64,000 nucleotides of DNA from Gammaproteobacteria bacterium. Its GTDB lineage: Bacteria > Pseudomonadota > Gammaproteobacteria > Steroidobacterales > JBCCMA01. The stretch is taken from assembly GCA_045107005.1 (NCBI GenBank), contig JBGCFP010000080.1, positions 53,592 to 117,591 on the forward strand, in the 5' to 3' direction. Under the pieces are notes generated by a model. The model was given only the letters and a program-made list of their open reading frames with translations. It had not been told where the DNA came from and searched no databases. Below are positions 1 through 10,123 of this stretch, piece after piece; within the stretch, counting starts at the first letter, position 1; the number at the start of each line of letters is the position of its first letter. The translations under genes were made by a program, and so were the position numbers.

Positions 1-444
1 AACGATATTTATGACGTCGATGCAAAGGTCTTTGTGCCCTGTGCCCTGGGCGGGGTCATCAACGCCGAAACCGTGGAACGGCTCAATTGCGATGTCGTCG
101 CGGGCAGCGCCAACAACCAGCTCGAATCGGATCGCTGGGGCACCGAACTGGAAAAACGCGGCATCGTGTACGCCCCGGACTACGCGATTAACGCGGGCGG
201 CCTGATTAACGTGGCCATCGAACTGCAGGGTTACAACGCGGACCGCGCCTACGCGCACGTCGCGAAAATCTACGACAACATCACCAATATCTTTTCCATC
301 GCGCAACGCGACGGCATCGCCTCTTGGCAAGCCGCTGATCGACTTGCCGAGGAACGCATCGCCATCATCGAAAAAGTGAAGGCGCCCTACTCAAAACAAT
401 TCAAGGATCGCCTTTCCAGTCGCTCCCCCAAATACTCGGCGTAA
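1..444 (+). CDS. Leucine dehydrogenase (Glu/Leu/Phe/Val dehydrogenase family), C-terminal part; 5' end lies upstream of the window
   Basis: Frame 1 is open from base 1 to TAA at 442-444. The translation 'NDIYDVDAKVFVPCALGG..VAGSANNQL..YAPDYAINAGGLINV' looks like the NAD-binding/C-terminal region of Leu/Val/Phe dehydrogenases. It lies directly upstream of Leu-catabolic genes. Confidence 0.8.
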   Translation, partial: NDIYDVDAKVFVPCALGGVINAETVERLNCDVVAGSANNQLESDRWGTELEKRGIVYAPDYAINAGGLINVAIELQGYNADRAYAHVAKIYDNITNIFSIAQRDGIASWQAADRLAEERIAIIEKVKAPYSKQFKDRLSSRSPKYSA

Positions 445-450
445 AAAAAC

Positions 451-1617
451 ATGGATGCACTCAACACTCACATCAACGAAGAACTCGATCTGCTCCGCGA
501 TACCGTGCGCCGGTTTGCCGATGACGACATCGCGCCGCGCGCCGCCGCCATCGACGAAGCCAACGAATTCCCTGCCGACCTGTGGACCAAATTTGGCGAG
601 CTCGGTCTGCTCGGCATGACTGTGGATCCGGACTTCGGCGGCACAGGACTTGGCTATCTGGCTCATCTGGTCGCCATGGAAGAAATATCGCGCGCTTCGG
701 CGAGCGTCGGCCTGTCCTACGGCGCGCACTCAAATCTGTGTGTGAATAACCTGGCGCTCAATGCGACGCCGGAGCAAAAAGAGAAATATTTGCCCAAGCT
801 GTGCAGCGGAGAATGGGTTGGTGCGCTGGCCATGTCGGAGCCGGGCGCCGGCTCGGATGTCGTAGGCTCCATGAGCTGCCGCGCGCGCCTCGAAGGCGAT
901 GTGTATGTCGCGAATGGCTCGAAGATGTGGATCACTAACGGCCCGGACGCAGACGTCCTGATTGTGTATATGCGCACGGCCGACACGGACGCGGGCAGCA
1001 AGTGCATGACCGCCTTTGTGATCGAAAAAGGGATGCCGGGTTTCACCACTGCACAGAAACTCGACAAACTCGGCATGCGTGGCTCCAATACGTGCGAACT
1101 GGTGTTCAACGACTGCGAGATTCCCGTCGCCAACGTGCTCGGCGACGTCAACCTTGGCGTTTACATTTTGATGAAAGGCCTCGACTCAGAACGACTGGTG
1201 TTGAGCGGTGGACCGATCGGCATCATGCAATCGGCAATGGACAACGTGCTGCCCTACGTGCACGAACGCAAGCAGTTCGGCAAAGCGATTGGCGAGTTTG
1301 GCATCATGCAGGCGAAGCTTGCGGATATGTACACCGCCGTTCAGTCGTCGCGTGCCTTCAGTTATCGCGTTGCTGAACAGTTTGATCGGGGCGCCGCCAC
1401 GCGCCAGGACGCCGCTGCCGCTTTGCTGCTGGCGTCGGACTCAGCGGTCAAAGTCTCACTGGAGGCGATACAGTGCCTCGGCGGCAATGGTTACATTAAT
1501 GAATACCCGGTCGGGCGGTTGCTGCGCGACGCCAAGTTGTATGAAATTGGCGCAGGCACCAGCGAGATTCGACGCATGCTGATTGGACGCGAGTTGTTCA
1601 ATCAGACCGGCAGCTAA
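451..1617 (+). CDS. ivd: Isovaleryl-CoA dehydrogenase (acyl-CoA dehydrogenase family)
   Basis: 388 aa with full-length acyl-CoA dehydrogenase pattern ('[10 protein letters not shown]', '[19 protein letters not shown]'). It is followed by methylcrotonyl-CoA carboxylase genes. Confidence 0.9.
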   Translation: MDALNTHINEELDLLRDTVRRFADDDIAPRAAAIDEANEFPADLWTKFGELGLLGMTVDPDFGGTGLGYLAHLVAMEEISRASASVGLSYGAHSNLCVNNLALNATPEQKEKYLPKLCSGEWVGALAMSEPGAGSDVVGSMSCRARLEGDVYVANGSKMWITNGPDADVLIVYMRTADTDAGSKCMTAFVIEKGMPGFTTAQKLDKLGMRGSNTCELVFNDCEIPVANVLGDVNLGVYILMKGLDSERLVLSGGPIGIMQSAMDNVLPYVHERKQFGKAIGEFGIMQAKLADMYTAVQSSRAFSYRVAEQFDRGAATRQDAAAALLLASDSAVKVSLEAIQCLGGNGYINEYPVGRLLRDAKLYEIGAGTSEIRRMLIGRELFNQTGS

Positions 1618-1638
1618 AAACCAGAGAGAGACAAGAAC

Positions 1639-2823
1639 ATGAGTAATGATCCGGTAGTTATCGTTGCGGCACGCCGCACCCCCATCGGCGCTTTCCAGGG
1701 CGCCTTCAGTGCCGCCACCGCCATCGATCTTGGTGCGGCCTCGAACAAAGCTGCCGTCGCCGACGCCGGGATCGACCCTGCGCTGATTGGCGAAGTGGTG
1801 ATGGGCTGTGTTCTGCCCGCTGGCCTCGGCCAAGCCCCCGCACGGCAAGCAGCGATCGCAGCGGGTATTCCAAAGAGCGTGGCATCGACAACGATTAACA
1901 AGATGTGCGGATCCGGCATGAAAGCCGCGATGTTCGCGCACGACATGCTGTTGGCAGGCTCGGTCGAAGTGGCGCTTGCCGGCGGCCTCGAATCCATGAC
2001 TAACGCACCGTACCTGCTGCCGAAAGCACGCTCGGGCTATCGCATGGGTCATCAGGAAGTGCAGGACCACATGTTCTACGACGGCCTGCAAAGCCCGTTC
2101 GACGGCAACATGATGGGGCACTTTGCTGAACTGACCGCCGACAAATACAACTTCACGCGCGAAGCGCAGGATGCGTTTGCGACCGCCAGCGTTGAACGCG
2201 CGCTTCATGCCATCGAGCAAGGCTGGTTCGATGATGAAATCGCCCCGGTCGACGTCACCGCGCGGCGCAAGACCACCACGGTGAGCAAAGACGAAGATCC
2301 GTTCCACTGCGACCTCAGCAAGATTCCAACGATGCGCCCGGCATTTCGACGCGACGGCGGCACGGTCACGGCAGCGAGTTCGTCGTCCATTTCCGACGGC
2401 GCCGCGTCGTTGATCATGATGCGCGAGAGCGCCGCGCAAACGCACGGCGTCACGCCGCTTGCGAGAATCTGCGGCCATTCGACGTTTGCGCAGGAACCGG
2501 AGTGGTTTACGACGGCACCGGTATCCGCCATTGACGTTTTGCTGAAGAAGCTCTCGTGGAAAACCGGCGACGTCGATCTGTACGAAATCAACGAGGCCTT
2601 TGCTGTGGTGTCGATGGCGGCAATGCACGACCTGAAACTCGAGCATGAAAAAGTTAACGTGCACGGCGGCGCCTGCGCGCTCGGTCATCCGGTTGGTGCA
2701 ACCGGCGCGCGCCTCATCGTCACGCTGCTGCACGCGTTGAAACGCCGCCAGCTCAAGCGCGGTGTCGCCGCGCTGTGCATCGGTGGTGGCGAAGCGACTG
2801 CCATCGGCATCGAGATGGTCTGA
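1639..2823 (+). CDS. Acetyl-CoA C-acetyltransferase (thiolase II)
   Basis: 394 aa with thiolase signatures '[10 protein letters not shown]' (active-site Cys), '[19 protein letters not shown]' and 'CIGGGEATA'. Confidence 0.9.
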   Translation: MSNDPVVIVAARRTPIGAFQGAFSAATAIDLGAASNKAAVADAGIDPALIGEVVMGCVLPAGLGQAPARQAAIAAGIPKSVASTTINKMCGSGMKAAMFAHDMLLAGSVEVALAGGLESMTNAPYLLPKARSGYRMGHQEVQDHMFYDGLQSPFDGNMMGHFAELTADKYNFTREAQDAFATASVERALHAIEQGWFDDEIAPVDVTARRKTTTVSKDEDPFHCDLSKIPTMRPAFRRDGGTVTAASSSSISDGAASLIMMRESAAQTHGVTPLARICGHSTFAQEPEWFTTAPVSAIDVLLKKLSWKTGDVDLYEINEAFAVVSMAAMHDLKLEHEKVNVHGGACALGHPVGATGARLIVTLLHALKRRQLKRGVAALCIGGGEATAIGIEMV

Positions 2824-2828
2824 GCAAC

Positions 2829-4433
2829 GTGACCGCCCTACGCAGCAGTATTGATCCAAGGTCGGACGAATTTGCGCGCAACGAAACGCACATGCGCGCG
2901 TGCGTCGACGAACTCCACCAGCGCATCGCCGCCGCACAGCAAGGCGGCAGCGATCGGGCGCGCAAAAAGCACACCGACCGCGGCAAGCTGTTGCCGCGTG
3001 CGCGGATCGAGGCGCTGCTTGATCCGGGCAGTCCGTTTCTCGAGCTGTCTACGCTGGCGGCCGACGGCCTGTACGACAATCAGGCGCCCAGCGCTGGCGT
3101 GATCGCCGGTATCGGACGCGTGCACGGCGTCGAAACCATGGTGGTCGCCAATGACGCGACGGTTAAGGGCGGCACGTACTTCCCAATGACCGTCAAAAAA
3201 CATCTTCGGGCTCAGGACGTAGCACTGGAAAATCAGTTGCCCTGTGTCTACCTCGTCGACTCCGGCGGCGCTTTTCTGCCCTTGCAGGACGAAGTGTTTG
3301 CTGACCGCGAGCACTTTGGCCGTATTTTTTACAATCAGGCGAGACTGTCAGCCGCCGGCATCGCGCAAATCGCCGTCGTCATGGGATCGTGCACCGCAGG
3401 AGGCGCCTACGTACCGGCGATGTGCGACGAAGCGATCATCGTACGCAACCAGGGCACGATCTTTTTGGGTGGGCCTCCGCTGGTCAAAGCGGCGACGGGC
3501 GAAATCGTGGATGCCGAGAGCCTGGGCGGCGGCGACGTGCACAGCCGCACGTCTGGCGTCACCGACCATCTGGCTGACAACGACGCACACGCGTTGTCCA
3601 TGGCGCGCGATATCCTCGCCAACGTCAACGCGCCGCGACGATTTGCACCCGCCGTACGCGAGTCCGTCGAGCCAGTCGTTGATCCGCAGGATCTGTACGG
3701 CGTCGTCCCCAGCGACACGCGCTATCCCTACGACATTCGCGAAGTGATTGCGCGGATCGTGGACGGCTCCGAGCTACAGGAATTCAAGGCGCTCTACGGC
3801 AAGACGCTGGTGTGCGGGTTCGCGCATCTGTACGGCATGCCCGTGGGCATTGTGGCCAACAACGGCATTTTATTTTCGGAGGCCGCCCTCAAAGGGGCGC
3901 ACTTCATTCAGCTGTGCAATCAGCGCAACATACCGCTCGTTTTCTTACAAAACATCACCGGATTCATGGTGGGAAAAAAGTATGAAAACGCCGGCATCGC
4001 CAAAGACGGCGCCAAGATGGTCAACGCGGTTGCCTGTTCGCACGTACCAAAAATTACCGTACTGATCGGCGGTTCGTTTGGCGCAGGAAACTATGCGATG
4101 TGCGGCCGTGCGTACGGCGGTCGGTTTCTATTTAGCTGGCCCAACTCGCGCATCTCGGTGATGGGCGGTGAACAGGCCGCATCGGTGCTGGCGACGGTCA
4201 AGCGCGACGGTCTCGAGGCGCGCGGACAGGAATGGGACAGTGCCGATGAAGCCCGCTTCACCGATGCCATTCGCGATCAGTACGAAACGCAGGGCAATCC
4301 CTACTACGCCACCGCGCGGCTTTGGGACGACGGCATAATCGATCCGCTCGATACGCGCCGCGTATTGGGTCTGAGTCTGGCTACCGTCGCGCGCGAAGCG
4401 CAAACGCCGTCCTACGGCGTGTTCCGGATGTGA
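2829..4433 (+). CDS. liuB: Methylcrotonyl-CoA carboxylase, carboxyltransferase (beta) subunit
   Basis: Carboxyltransferase domain pattern ('[14 protein letters not shown]', '[17 protein letters not shown]', '[16 protein letters not shown]'). I prefer the GTG at 2829, just after the thiolase stop (534 aa), over the ORF-track ATG at 2775, which overlaps the thiolase. Confidence 0.9.
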   Translation: MTALRSSIDPRSDEFARNETHMRACVDELHQRIAAAQQGGSDRARKKHTDRGKLLPRARIEALLDPGSPFLELSTLAADGLYDNQAPSAGVIAGIGRVHGVETMVVANDATVKGGTYFPMTVKKHLRAQDVALENQLPCVYLVDSGGAFLPLQDEVFADREHFGRIFYNQARLSAAGIAQIAVVMGSCTAGGAYVPAMCDEAIIVRNQGTIFLGGPPLVKAATGEIVDAESLGGGDVHSRTSGVTDHLADNDAHALSMARDILANVNAPRRFAPAVRESVEPVVDPQDLYGVVPSDTRYPYDIREVIARIVDGSELQEFKALYGKTLVCGFAHLYGMPVGIVANNGILFSEAALKGAHFIQLCNQRNIPLVFLQNITGFMVGKKYENAGIAKDGAKMVNAVACSHVPKITVLIGGSFGAGNYAMCGRAYGGRFLFSWPNSRISVMGGEQAASVLATVKRDGLEARGQEWDSADEARFTDAIRDQYETQGNPYYATARLWDDGIIDPLDTRRVLGLSLATVAREAQTPSYGVFRM

Positions 4434-4436
4434 ACG

Positions 4437-6440
4437 ATGTTTGAACGCATACTAATCGCCAACCGCGGCGAAATCGCGCGGCGCATTCAGCGGACGGCCA
4501 CACGCCTTGGCATCGAAACCGTTGCCGTTTATTCCGACGCCGACGCTGACGCCGGGTTCGTCCGCGCGGCCGACCGCGCAGTGCGCATTGGCCCGGCAGC
4601 GGTGACCGAATCTTATTTGCGCGGCGACGCCATCATCGCGGCAGCGCTGGAACACGGCGCCCGGGCGATTCATCCGGGCTACGGTTTTGTTGCCGAGAAC
4701 GCAGAATTTGCCCGCGCGGTTGCCGCGGCGGGGCTGACGTTTATCGGGCCGGCACCGGAAACCATCGCGCTGATGGGATCGAAAACCGATTCCAAACGTG
4801 CCATGGAAGCCGCCGGCATCGCCGGTGTTCCCGGTTATCACGGCGACGATCAGGGCAACGACACGCTCCTGGTCGAGGCACGGAAGATCGGATTTCCGGT
4901 GCTGATCAAAGCCAGCGCGGGCGGCGGCGGCAAAGGCATGCGCGTAGCACCTGACGAAGCGTCGTTTCTGAGTGCCTGCGACGGTGCAAGGCGCGAAGCG
5001 GCCAGTGCGTTTGGTGACGATCAGTTGCTGCTGGAAAAATTCATTGAACGACCGCGTCACATTGAAGTGCAGGTGTTTGGCGATCACCACGGACACATCG
5101 TGCACTTGTTTGAACGCGAGTGTTCGGTGCAGCGCCGCTATCAGAAAATTATTGAAGAAGCGCCGTCGCCGTCGATCAACGCCAAACTGCGCCAGGAAAT
5201 GACACAAACCGCCGTCCGTGCCGCTAGCGCCGTCGACTATCGCGGCGCCGGTACCATCGAATTCATCGTCACGCCGGACGATCAGTTTTACTTCATGGAA
5301 ATGAACACGCGTCTTCAGGTCGAGCATCCGGTCACTGAGAAAATTACTGACGTCGATTTGGTCGAGTGGCAACTGCGCGTTGCGAATGACGAACCTTTGC
5401 CGCTGACCCAAAAAACCATCACGCAGTCCGGCCATGCCATTGAGTGTCGTGTGTACGCCGAGGATGCTTTCAATGGATTTGTGCCCTCCTCGGGTCGCAT
5501 TCACGCGCTGGATCTGCCTTCAAGCGAGACCACACGAATCGACATTGATTTGGTGGCCGGTCAATCCGTTACGCCGTTTTACGACCCAATGATCGCCAAA
5601 TTCACCGTGCACGCAGACGATCGGGACGCGGCCATTGGCGTCATGCAAGCGGCGCTCGGGGACACCAGCATAGTGGGTCCGGCGACTAACGTTCCACTGC
5701 TACGCCTTCTGCTCGCACACGATGACTACCGCGCAGGACGCATCGACACCGCCTATCTCGATCGTCAGCTTGACACCGTTCTCGACACGTTCGTGCCGCC
5801 GCCCGCGCCGGTGCTTGCAGCGGTTGCTGCCGTGGCCTGTGGCGAAGCCAACCGTTCAACATCGCCGTGGGCGACTGACGGGTGGCAAGCCAGCGGACAG
5901 AGTCGACGTCGGGTCAGCGTGATCGACGCGAACGGTACGACATTGACGACCACGCTCCGGCGCAGCGGCGCCTACTGGCGCGCCGAGCAAGACGACGGAT
6001 TCAGCCATGTTGTTGCGCATGAGCACAACACCTCGTCCGGGGCTAGCAACGTTACCGTCCTGACCAACGGTGTGCAGGAACAGGTACGGCTCCATACACT
6101 GACCGGCGCTGTTCGAGTCCAGTGGCAGGATCGCACCTGGGAGCTGCGCACCGCGCCGCTCTACCCGGTCACTCGTGCCGACGCCAGTGACGACAACAAA
6201 CCTGGCGCGCCGATGCCGGGCAAGATTGTCAAACTGCTGGTGGCCGCTGGCGACGTGGTTTCCAAGGGCCAGGCTTTGGTCGTGATGGAAGGCATGAAGA
6301 TGGAATTGACGATTACTGCTGCACGTGACGGTCAAATCAAGACCGTGCATTTTGCGGTGGGCGATCAGGTGGAGGCCGAAGTGCCCCTGGTGGAACTTGA
6401 AGCGGTCGATGTGGATCTGAAAAACAAAGAGGACGACTGA
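4437..6440 (+). CDS. liuD: Methylcrotonyl-CoA carboxylase, biotin carboxylase + BCCP (alpha) subunit
   Basis: 667 aa. N-terminal ATP-grasp biotin carboxylase ('ILIANRGEIA', 'EMNTRLQVEHPVTE') and C-terminal biotinyl domain with 'VMEGMKMEL'. It starts 3 nt after the beta subunit stop. Confidence 0.9.
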   Translation: MFERILIANRGEIARRIQRTATRLGIETVAVYSDADADAGFVRAADRAVRIGPAAVTESYLRGDAIIAAALEHGARAIHPGYGFVAENAEFARAVAAAGLTFIGPAPETIALMGSKTDSKRAMEAAGIAGVPGYHGDDQGNDTLLVEARKIGFPVLIKASAGGGGKGMRVAPDEASFLSACDGARREAASAFGDDQLLLEKFIERPRHIEVQVFGDHHGHIVHLFERECSVQRRYQKIIEEAPSPSINAKLRQEMTQTAVRAASAVDYRGAGTIEFIVTPDDQFYFMEMNTRLQVEHPVTEKITDVDLVEWQLRVANDEPLPLTQKTITQSGHAIECRVYAEDAFNGFVPSSGRIHALDLPSSETTRIDIDLVAGQSVTPFYDPMIAKFTVHADDRDAAIGVMQAALGDTSIVGPATNVPLLRLLLAHDDYRAGRIDTAYLDRQLDTVLDTFVPPPAPVLAAVAAVACGEANRSTSPWATDGWQASGQSRRRVSVIDANGTTLTTTLRRSGAYWRAEQDDGFSHVVAHEHNTSSGASNVTVLTNGVQEQVRLHTLTGAVRVQWQDRTWELRTAPLYPVTRADASDDNKPGAPMPGKIVKLLVAAGDVVSKGQALVVMEGMKMELTITAARDGQIKTVHFAVGDQVEAEVPLVELEAVDVDLKNKEDD

Positions 6441-7208
6441 ATGATATTGGAGAGCGCGAAAGCCATCGTTTCCGGCGGCGCATCAGGTCTTGGACACGCG
6501 GTGGCCAAGCACGTGATTGATGCCGGCGGCAGCGTCACCATTGCCGACGTAAATGAAGAGCAAGGTCACGCAGCCGCCGAGGAACTCGGTTCCAACGCCA
6601 CGTTTGTTCGAACGGACGTCAGCGATGAGGCCGCCGTTGAAAAGGCCGTCGCCGCTGGGGTCAGCGCGATGGGAGGCGTGACGCTGGCGGTGAGTTGCGC
6701 TGGCATCATTGGCGCCGCGATGGCGCTGGGAAAAAAGGGCCCGATGCCGGGCGCGAAGTTCGCCCAGGTTCTGCAGGTCAATTTGCTCGGCTCGTTTTTG
6801 CTGTCACGCTGTGCCGCCGACGCCATGCGCGACAACCCCGAATCGCCCAACGGCGAGCGCGGTGTGATCGTCAACACCGCTTCGGTCGCCGCGTATGAAG
6901 GTCAGATTGGACAAGCCGCGTACTCGGCGTCAAAAGGTGGCGTCGTTGGCATGACGTTGCCGCTGGCGCGTGAGTTCGCGCGCTACGGCGTTCGCGTACT
7001 CGCCATAGCGCCGGGCATTTTTCGCACGCCCATGGTAGCGGGCTTGCCCGATTCGGTACAGGAATCGCTCGGCGCGCAGATTCCGTTTCCATCACGTCTT
7101 GGAAAACCGGAAGAGTACGCCCACATGGTTGCGAGCATCTACGGCAACCCAATGCTCAACGGCACAACGATCCGCCTCGACGGCGCGATCCGGATGCAAC
7201 CCAAATAA
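6441..7208 (+). CDS. Short-chain dehydrogenase/reductase, 3-hydroxyacyl-CoA dehydrogenase type-2 (HSD10)-like
   Basis: 255 aa. Rossmann motif 'VSGGASGLG' and catalytic 'YSASKGGV'. The ATG directly abuts the liuD TGA. Confidence 0.8.
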   Translation: MILESAKAIVSGGASGLGHAVAKHVIDAGGSVTIADVNEEQGHAAAEELGSNATFVRTDVSDEAAVEKAVAAGVSAMGGVTLAVSCAGIIGAAMALGKKGPMPGAKFAQVLQVNLLGSFLLSRCAADAMRDNPESPNGERGVIVNTASVAAYEGQIGQAAYSASKGGVVGMTLPLAREFARYGVRVLAIAPGIFRTPMVAGLPDSVQESLGAQIPFPSRLGKPEEYAHMVASIYGNPMLNGTTIRLDGAIRMQPK

Positions 7209-7222
7209 AGCTGGAGAGATCT

Positions 7223-8650
7223 GTGAATTCGATCATTCGATTACTGCTTGCCCTAGCCTTCGCGTACGGCGCAACCGCCTGCTCAACCAGCACCGTCACG
7301 AATACGCCCGGGCCAAGCACCATGGCGCCCAAGAACACGACGGCATTTCAAATTCCTGTGCACTATCGAACGCTCGACAACGGTCTGAAAGTGGTGGTCT
7401 CGCCCGACTCTTCGGTGCCGACTGCAACGGTCGCGGTCTACTACAACATCGGGTTTCGCATTGAGCCGCGTGATCGCACGGGCTTCGCCCATTTGTTTGA
7501 GCACTTGATGTTCCAGGGGTCGGAAAATCTGGGCAAGATGGAGTTCATTAAACTGGTCCAGGGCAATGGCGGCGTGCTGAACGGCTCGACCCGCTTTGAC
7601 TTCACCAATTACTTTCAGGCCGTGCCGGCGCATCGCCTCGAAACCATCCTGTGGGCAGAAGCCGATCGCATGCGTGGCCTGGATATTTCCCAGGAAAACC
7701 TGGAGAACCAGCAAGGCGTCGTGAAAAACGAAGTCAAGGTAAACGTGCTGAACCGACCCTATGGCGGCTTTCCGTGGCTCGACATGCCTCAGTATGCGAA
7801 CGAAAATTGGTACAACGCGCACAATTTCTACGGCGATCTGGAAGACCTTGATGCTGCGACCCTTGACGATGTTCAAGCGTTCTTCGACACGTTTTACGCG
7901 CCGAACAACGCCGCGGTCGTCGTGGTCGGCGATGTCGACGTAGAACAAGCGTTCGCACAAGTGAAGCAGTATTTCGGCGACATCAAGAGCGCCCCGCAAC
8001 CGCCGCCGGTCGATATCTCCGAGCCGCGCCAGGTCAAAGAGAAGCGTTTTAGCCGTAAAGATGCACTGGCGCCCAAGCCCGCCGTCGCCCTCGCCTGGCA
8101 CATGCCGGCGCGCGGCACCCCTGAATACTTCGCGATGGGGGTGATCGACCAGGTGTTGATGCAAGGCAGCGATTCGTTGCTGCACAAGACCATTGTCAAC
8201 GACAAGGGCTACACCGATCGTGTGTTCGGCGGTATCAACATGCTGGGCAATATGTATAACTACAACGGCCCGATGACCTTGACCGCGGCGACCATCCACA
8301 ACCCGGATGTCAGCGCCGACCAGATCATTGAACAGATTGAGTCCGTTCTGGAGAGTCTGCGAACCACGCCGCTAACCGACGCGCAGCTCAAGCGCGCGAT
8401 GGTCAAGCTGCGCTCCGGGTTTTACGATGCCGTCGGCGGCTCGACCCGCTTCGGTACCGCCGACCTGCTGGCGTCGTTCGCGCTGTTCGATGACGACCCG
8501 GCGCGCATCAATCGTCTCGAGCGAGAGTTTGACGCCGTCACGCCGGAACTGATCCAGCGCACCGTGCGCGATTATCTGCGCCCAACCAATCGCACGGTAC
8601 TCACCATCGAACCCGGTGCGGCCAGCGCGAACACTGGAGCAAACCCATGA
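7223..8650 (+). CDS. M16 (pitrilysin/insulinase) family zinc peptidase, catalytic-type subunit, secreted
   Basis: 475 aa. N-terminal signal/lipobox-like 'LLLALAFAYGATAC'. Inverted zincin motif HxxEH present as 'HLFEHLMFQGSE'. GTG start preceded by GGAGAG. Confidence 0.85.
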   Translation: MNSIIRLLLALAFAYGATACSTSTVTNTPGPSTMAPKNTTAFQIPVHYRTLDNGLKVVVSPDSSVPTATVAVYYNIGFRIEPRDRTGFAHLFEHLMFQGSENLGKMEFIKLVQGNGGVLNGSTRFDFTNYFQAVPAHRLETILWAEADRMRGLDISQENLENQQGVVKNEVKVNVLNRPYGGFPWLDMPQYANENWYNAHNFYGDLEDLDAATLDDVQAFFDTFYAPNNAAVVVVGDVDVEQAFAQVKQYFGDIKSAPQPPPVDISEPRQVKEKRFSRKDALAPKPAVALAWHMPARGTPEYFAMGVIDQVLMQGSDSLLHKTIVNDKGYTDRVFGGINMLGNMYNYNGPMTLTAATIHNPDVSADQIIEQIESVLESLRTTPLTDAQLKRAMVKLRSGFYDAVGGSTRFGTADLLASFALFDDDPARINRLEREFDAVTPELIQRTVRDYLRPTNRTVLTIEPGAASANTGANP

Positions 8651-9525
8651 ACATCAAGATCCTGCTGACCGCGCTGATTGCCGCCGTGTCGATGTCGTCC
8701 GTTGCACGTGAAGCCCCACCGCTGGGCGGCGAACCGCGCGAATACCGCCTGCCAGCCTCGACCACCGTGTCGCTGCCCAACGATATGAAAGTGACGCTGG
8801 TGCCCTTCGGAAATATTCCGAAAGTGACGATCGTCGTGTCGGTGGCCGCGGGCAACGCCCACGAAGGCGAGCACAATTGGCTTGCCGATCTGACCGGTCA
8901 GATGCTGCTCGAAGGCGCGGCCGACATGGACAGCGACGGTCTGGCGGCCGCCGCGGCCGATATGGGCGGCGAGATTGGGGTCAGCGTCAGTGTCAATCAA
9001 ACGCAAGCTGCGTTGGACGTGCTCAGCGAGTTTGGCGCCGATGCTGTCGCGCTGCTTGCCGATGTCTTGCGACGTCCGACACTGCCCGAGTCCGAGCTCG
9101 ACCGGGTGCGCAGTAACTTGCTCAAGAATCTGTCGATCTCCAGACAACAGCCCGGCACGCTCGCCAGCCAGGCGTTCCGTAAAGCCATTTTTGGCGATCA
9201 CCCGTACGGCGCTGGCCTGCCCGATCCTGAGGCGTTCGGCGCACTGGGTATTGAGCAGATACAACAGTTTCACGGCACACAGTTTGGTGCCGGTGGCGGT
9301 CACATTTACGTGGCCGGTCAGTTCGATCGCAGCGCCGTGTTGCAGGCGATCCGCGACGCGTTCGGCGACTGGGCAACGGTCACCAATACCGCCCTGCCCG
9401 AGCCGCCGCGTCGTCCGGCCCCCGGGCTAACGTTTATCGACCGCCCTGATGCACCGCAGTCAACGCTGTACCTCGGGCTACCGGTGGTGGATCCGTCGCA
9501 CCCCGACTACACGGCGTTGAGCTAG
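8647..9525 (+). CDS. M16 family peptidase, non-catalytic-type partner, N-terminal 292-aa fragment ending at an in-frame TAG
   Basis: ATGA overlap with the upstream M16 gene. Has a signal peptide and an M16 N-domain without HxxEH. The ORF ends at TAG 9523-9525 in the middle of the expected protein. Confidence 0.75.
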   Translation: MNIKILLTALIAAVSMSSVAREAPPLGGEPREYRLPASTTVSLPNDMKVTLVPFGNIPKVTIVVSVAAGNAHEGEHNWLADLTGQMLLEGAADMDSDGLAAAAADMGGEIGVSVSVNQTQAALDVLSEFGADAVALLADVLRRPTLPESELDRVRSNLLKNLSISRQQPGTLASQAFRKAIFGDHPYGAGLPDPEAFGALGIEQIQQFHGTQFGAGGGHIYVAGQFDRSAVLQAIRDAFGDWATVTNTALPEPPRRPAPGLTFIDRPDAPQSTLYLGLPVVDPSHPDYTALS

Positions 9526-10020
9526 ATGAATACCTTGCTCGGTGGCTCGTTCAGCAGCCGCGTGACGAGCAACATTCGCGAAGACAAAGGCTACACTTAC
9601 TCGCCGCGCAGTCGCGTGAGCGTAAACAAAGGCAGCGGGTACTGGGTGCAAACGGCCGACGTTACGACCAACGTCACCGGTCCGGCCATCGACGAAATTG
9701 TCAATGAAATTGAGCGGCTGCAGACCGAGGCGCCCGACGTCGACGAGCTCACGCGGATCAAAAACTATCGCATCGGCACGTTTGTCCTGGGCAACGCCAC
9801 CCGCTCAGGCCTGATCTCGCAGCTGCAGTTCCTGCGCACGCATGGGCTTGGTCCCGACCACTTGGCCGGTTTCGTTGAGCGGCTCAACGCCATCACACCA
9901 CAGCAAATTCAGCGCATCACACGCGACTATCTGAACGTCGCCGATATGACGCTGGTCGTGGTGGGCGATCCGGCCACGGTCCCGGCTCAGCTCGAGTCCG
10001 TGGAGCGAATTCGTCGGTAA
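9526..10020 (+). CDS. M16 family peptidase partner, C-terminal 164-aa fragment (same frame, continues directly after the TAG)
   Basis: Begins 'MNTLLGGSFSSRVTSNIREDKGYTYSP', the conserved start of the M16 C-terminal half. It is in the same reading frame as 8647-9525, so the two pieces together give about 457 aa, a normal M16 length. Confidence 0.75.
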   Translation: MNTLLGGSFSSRVTSNIREDKGYTYSPRSRVSVNKGSGYWVQTADVTTNVTGPAIDEIVNEIERLQTEAPDVDELTRIKNYRIGTFVLGNATRSGLISQLQFLRTHGLGPDHLAGFVERLNAITPQQIQRITRDYLNVADMTLVVVGDPATVPAQLESVERIRR

Positions 10021-10123
10021 TCCGCTCGCGCAGCCTGTACGAAAACCGTCAAGCGCACTATACTTCGGCGCTGCGCCGCAGCAAGAGCGGGGCAGCAGCT
10101 GGAAGACTTATGGAGACCTGTGA

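Noticed and set aside
1456-2937. 493-aa minus-strand ORF (and similar long antisense ORFs at 4452-5504, 7283-8299, 10675-11814, 19411-20232, 26426-27694, 54071-54823, 59366-60253, 60357-61064)
   Set aside because: Each lies entirely antisense to a gene with a strong, recognisable protein family. Their translations are Arg/Ala/Gly/His-rich low-complexity strings typical of stop-poor antisense frames in GC-rich DNA.
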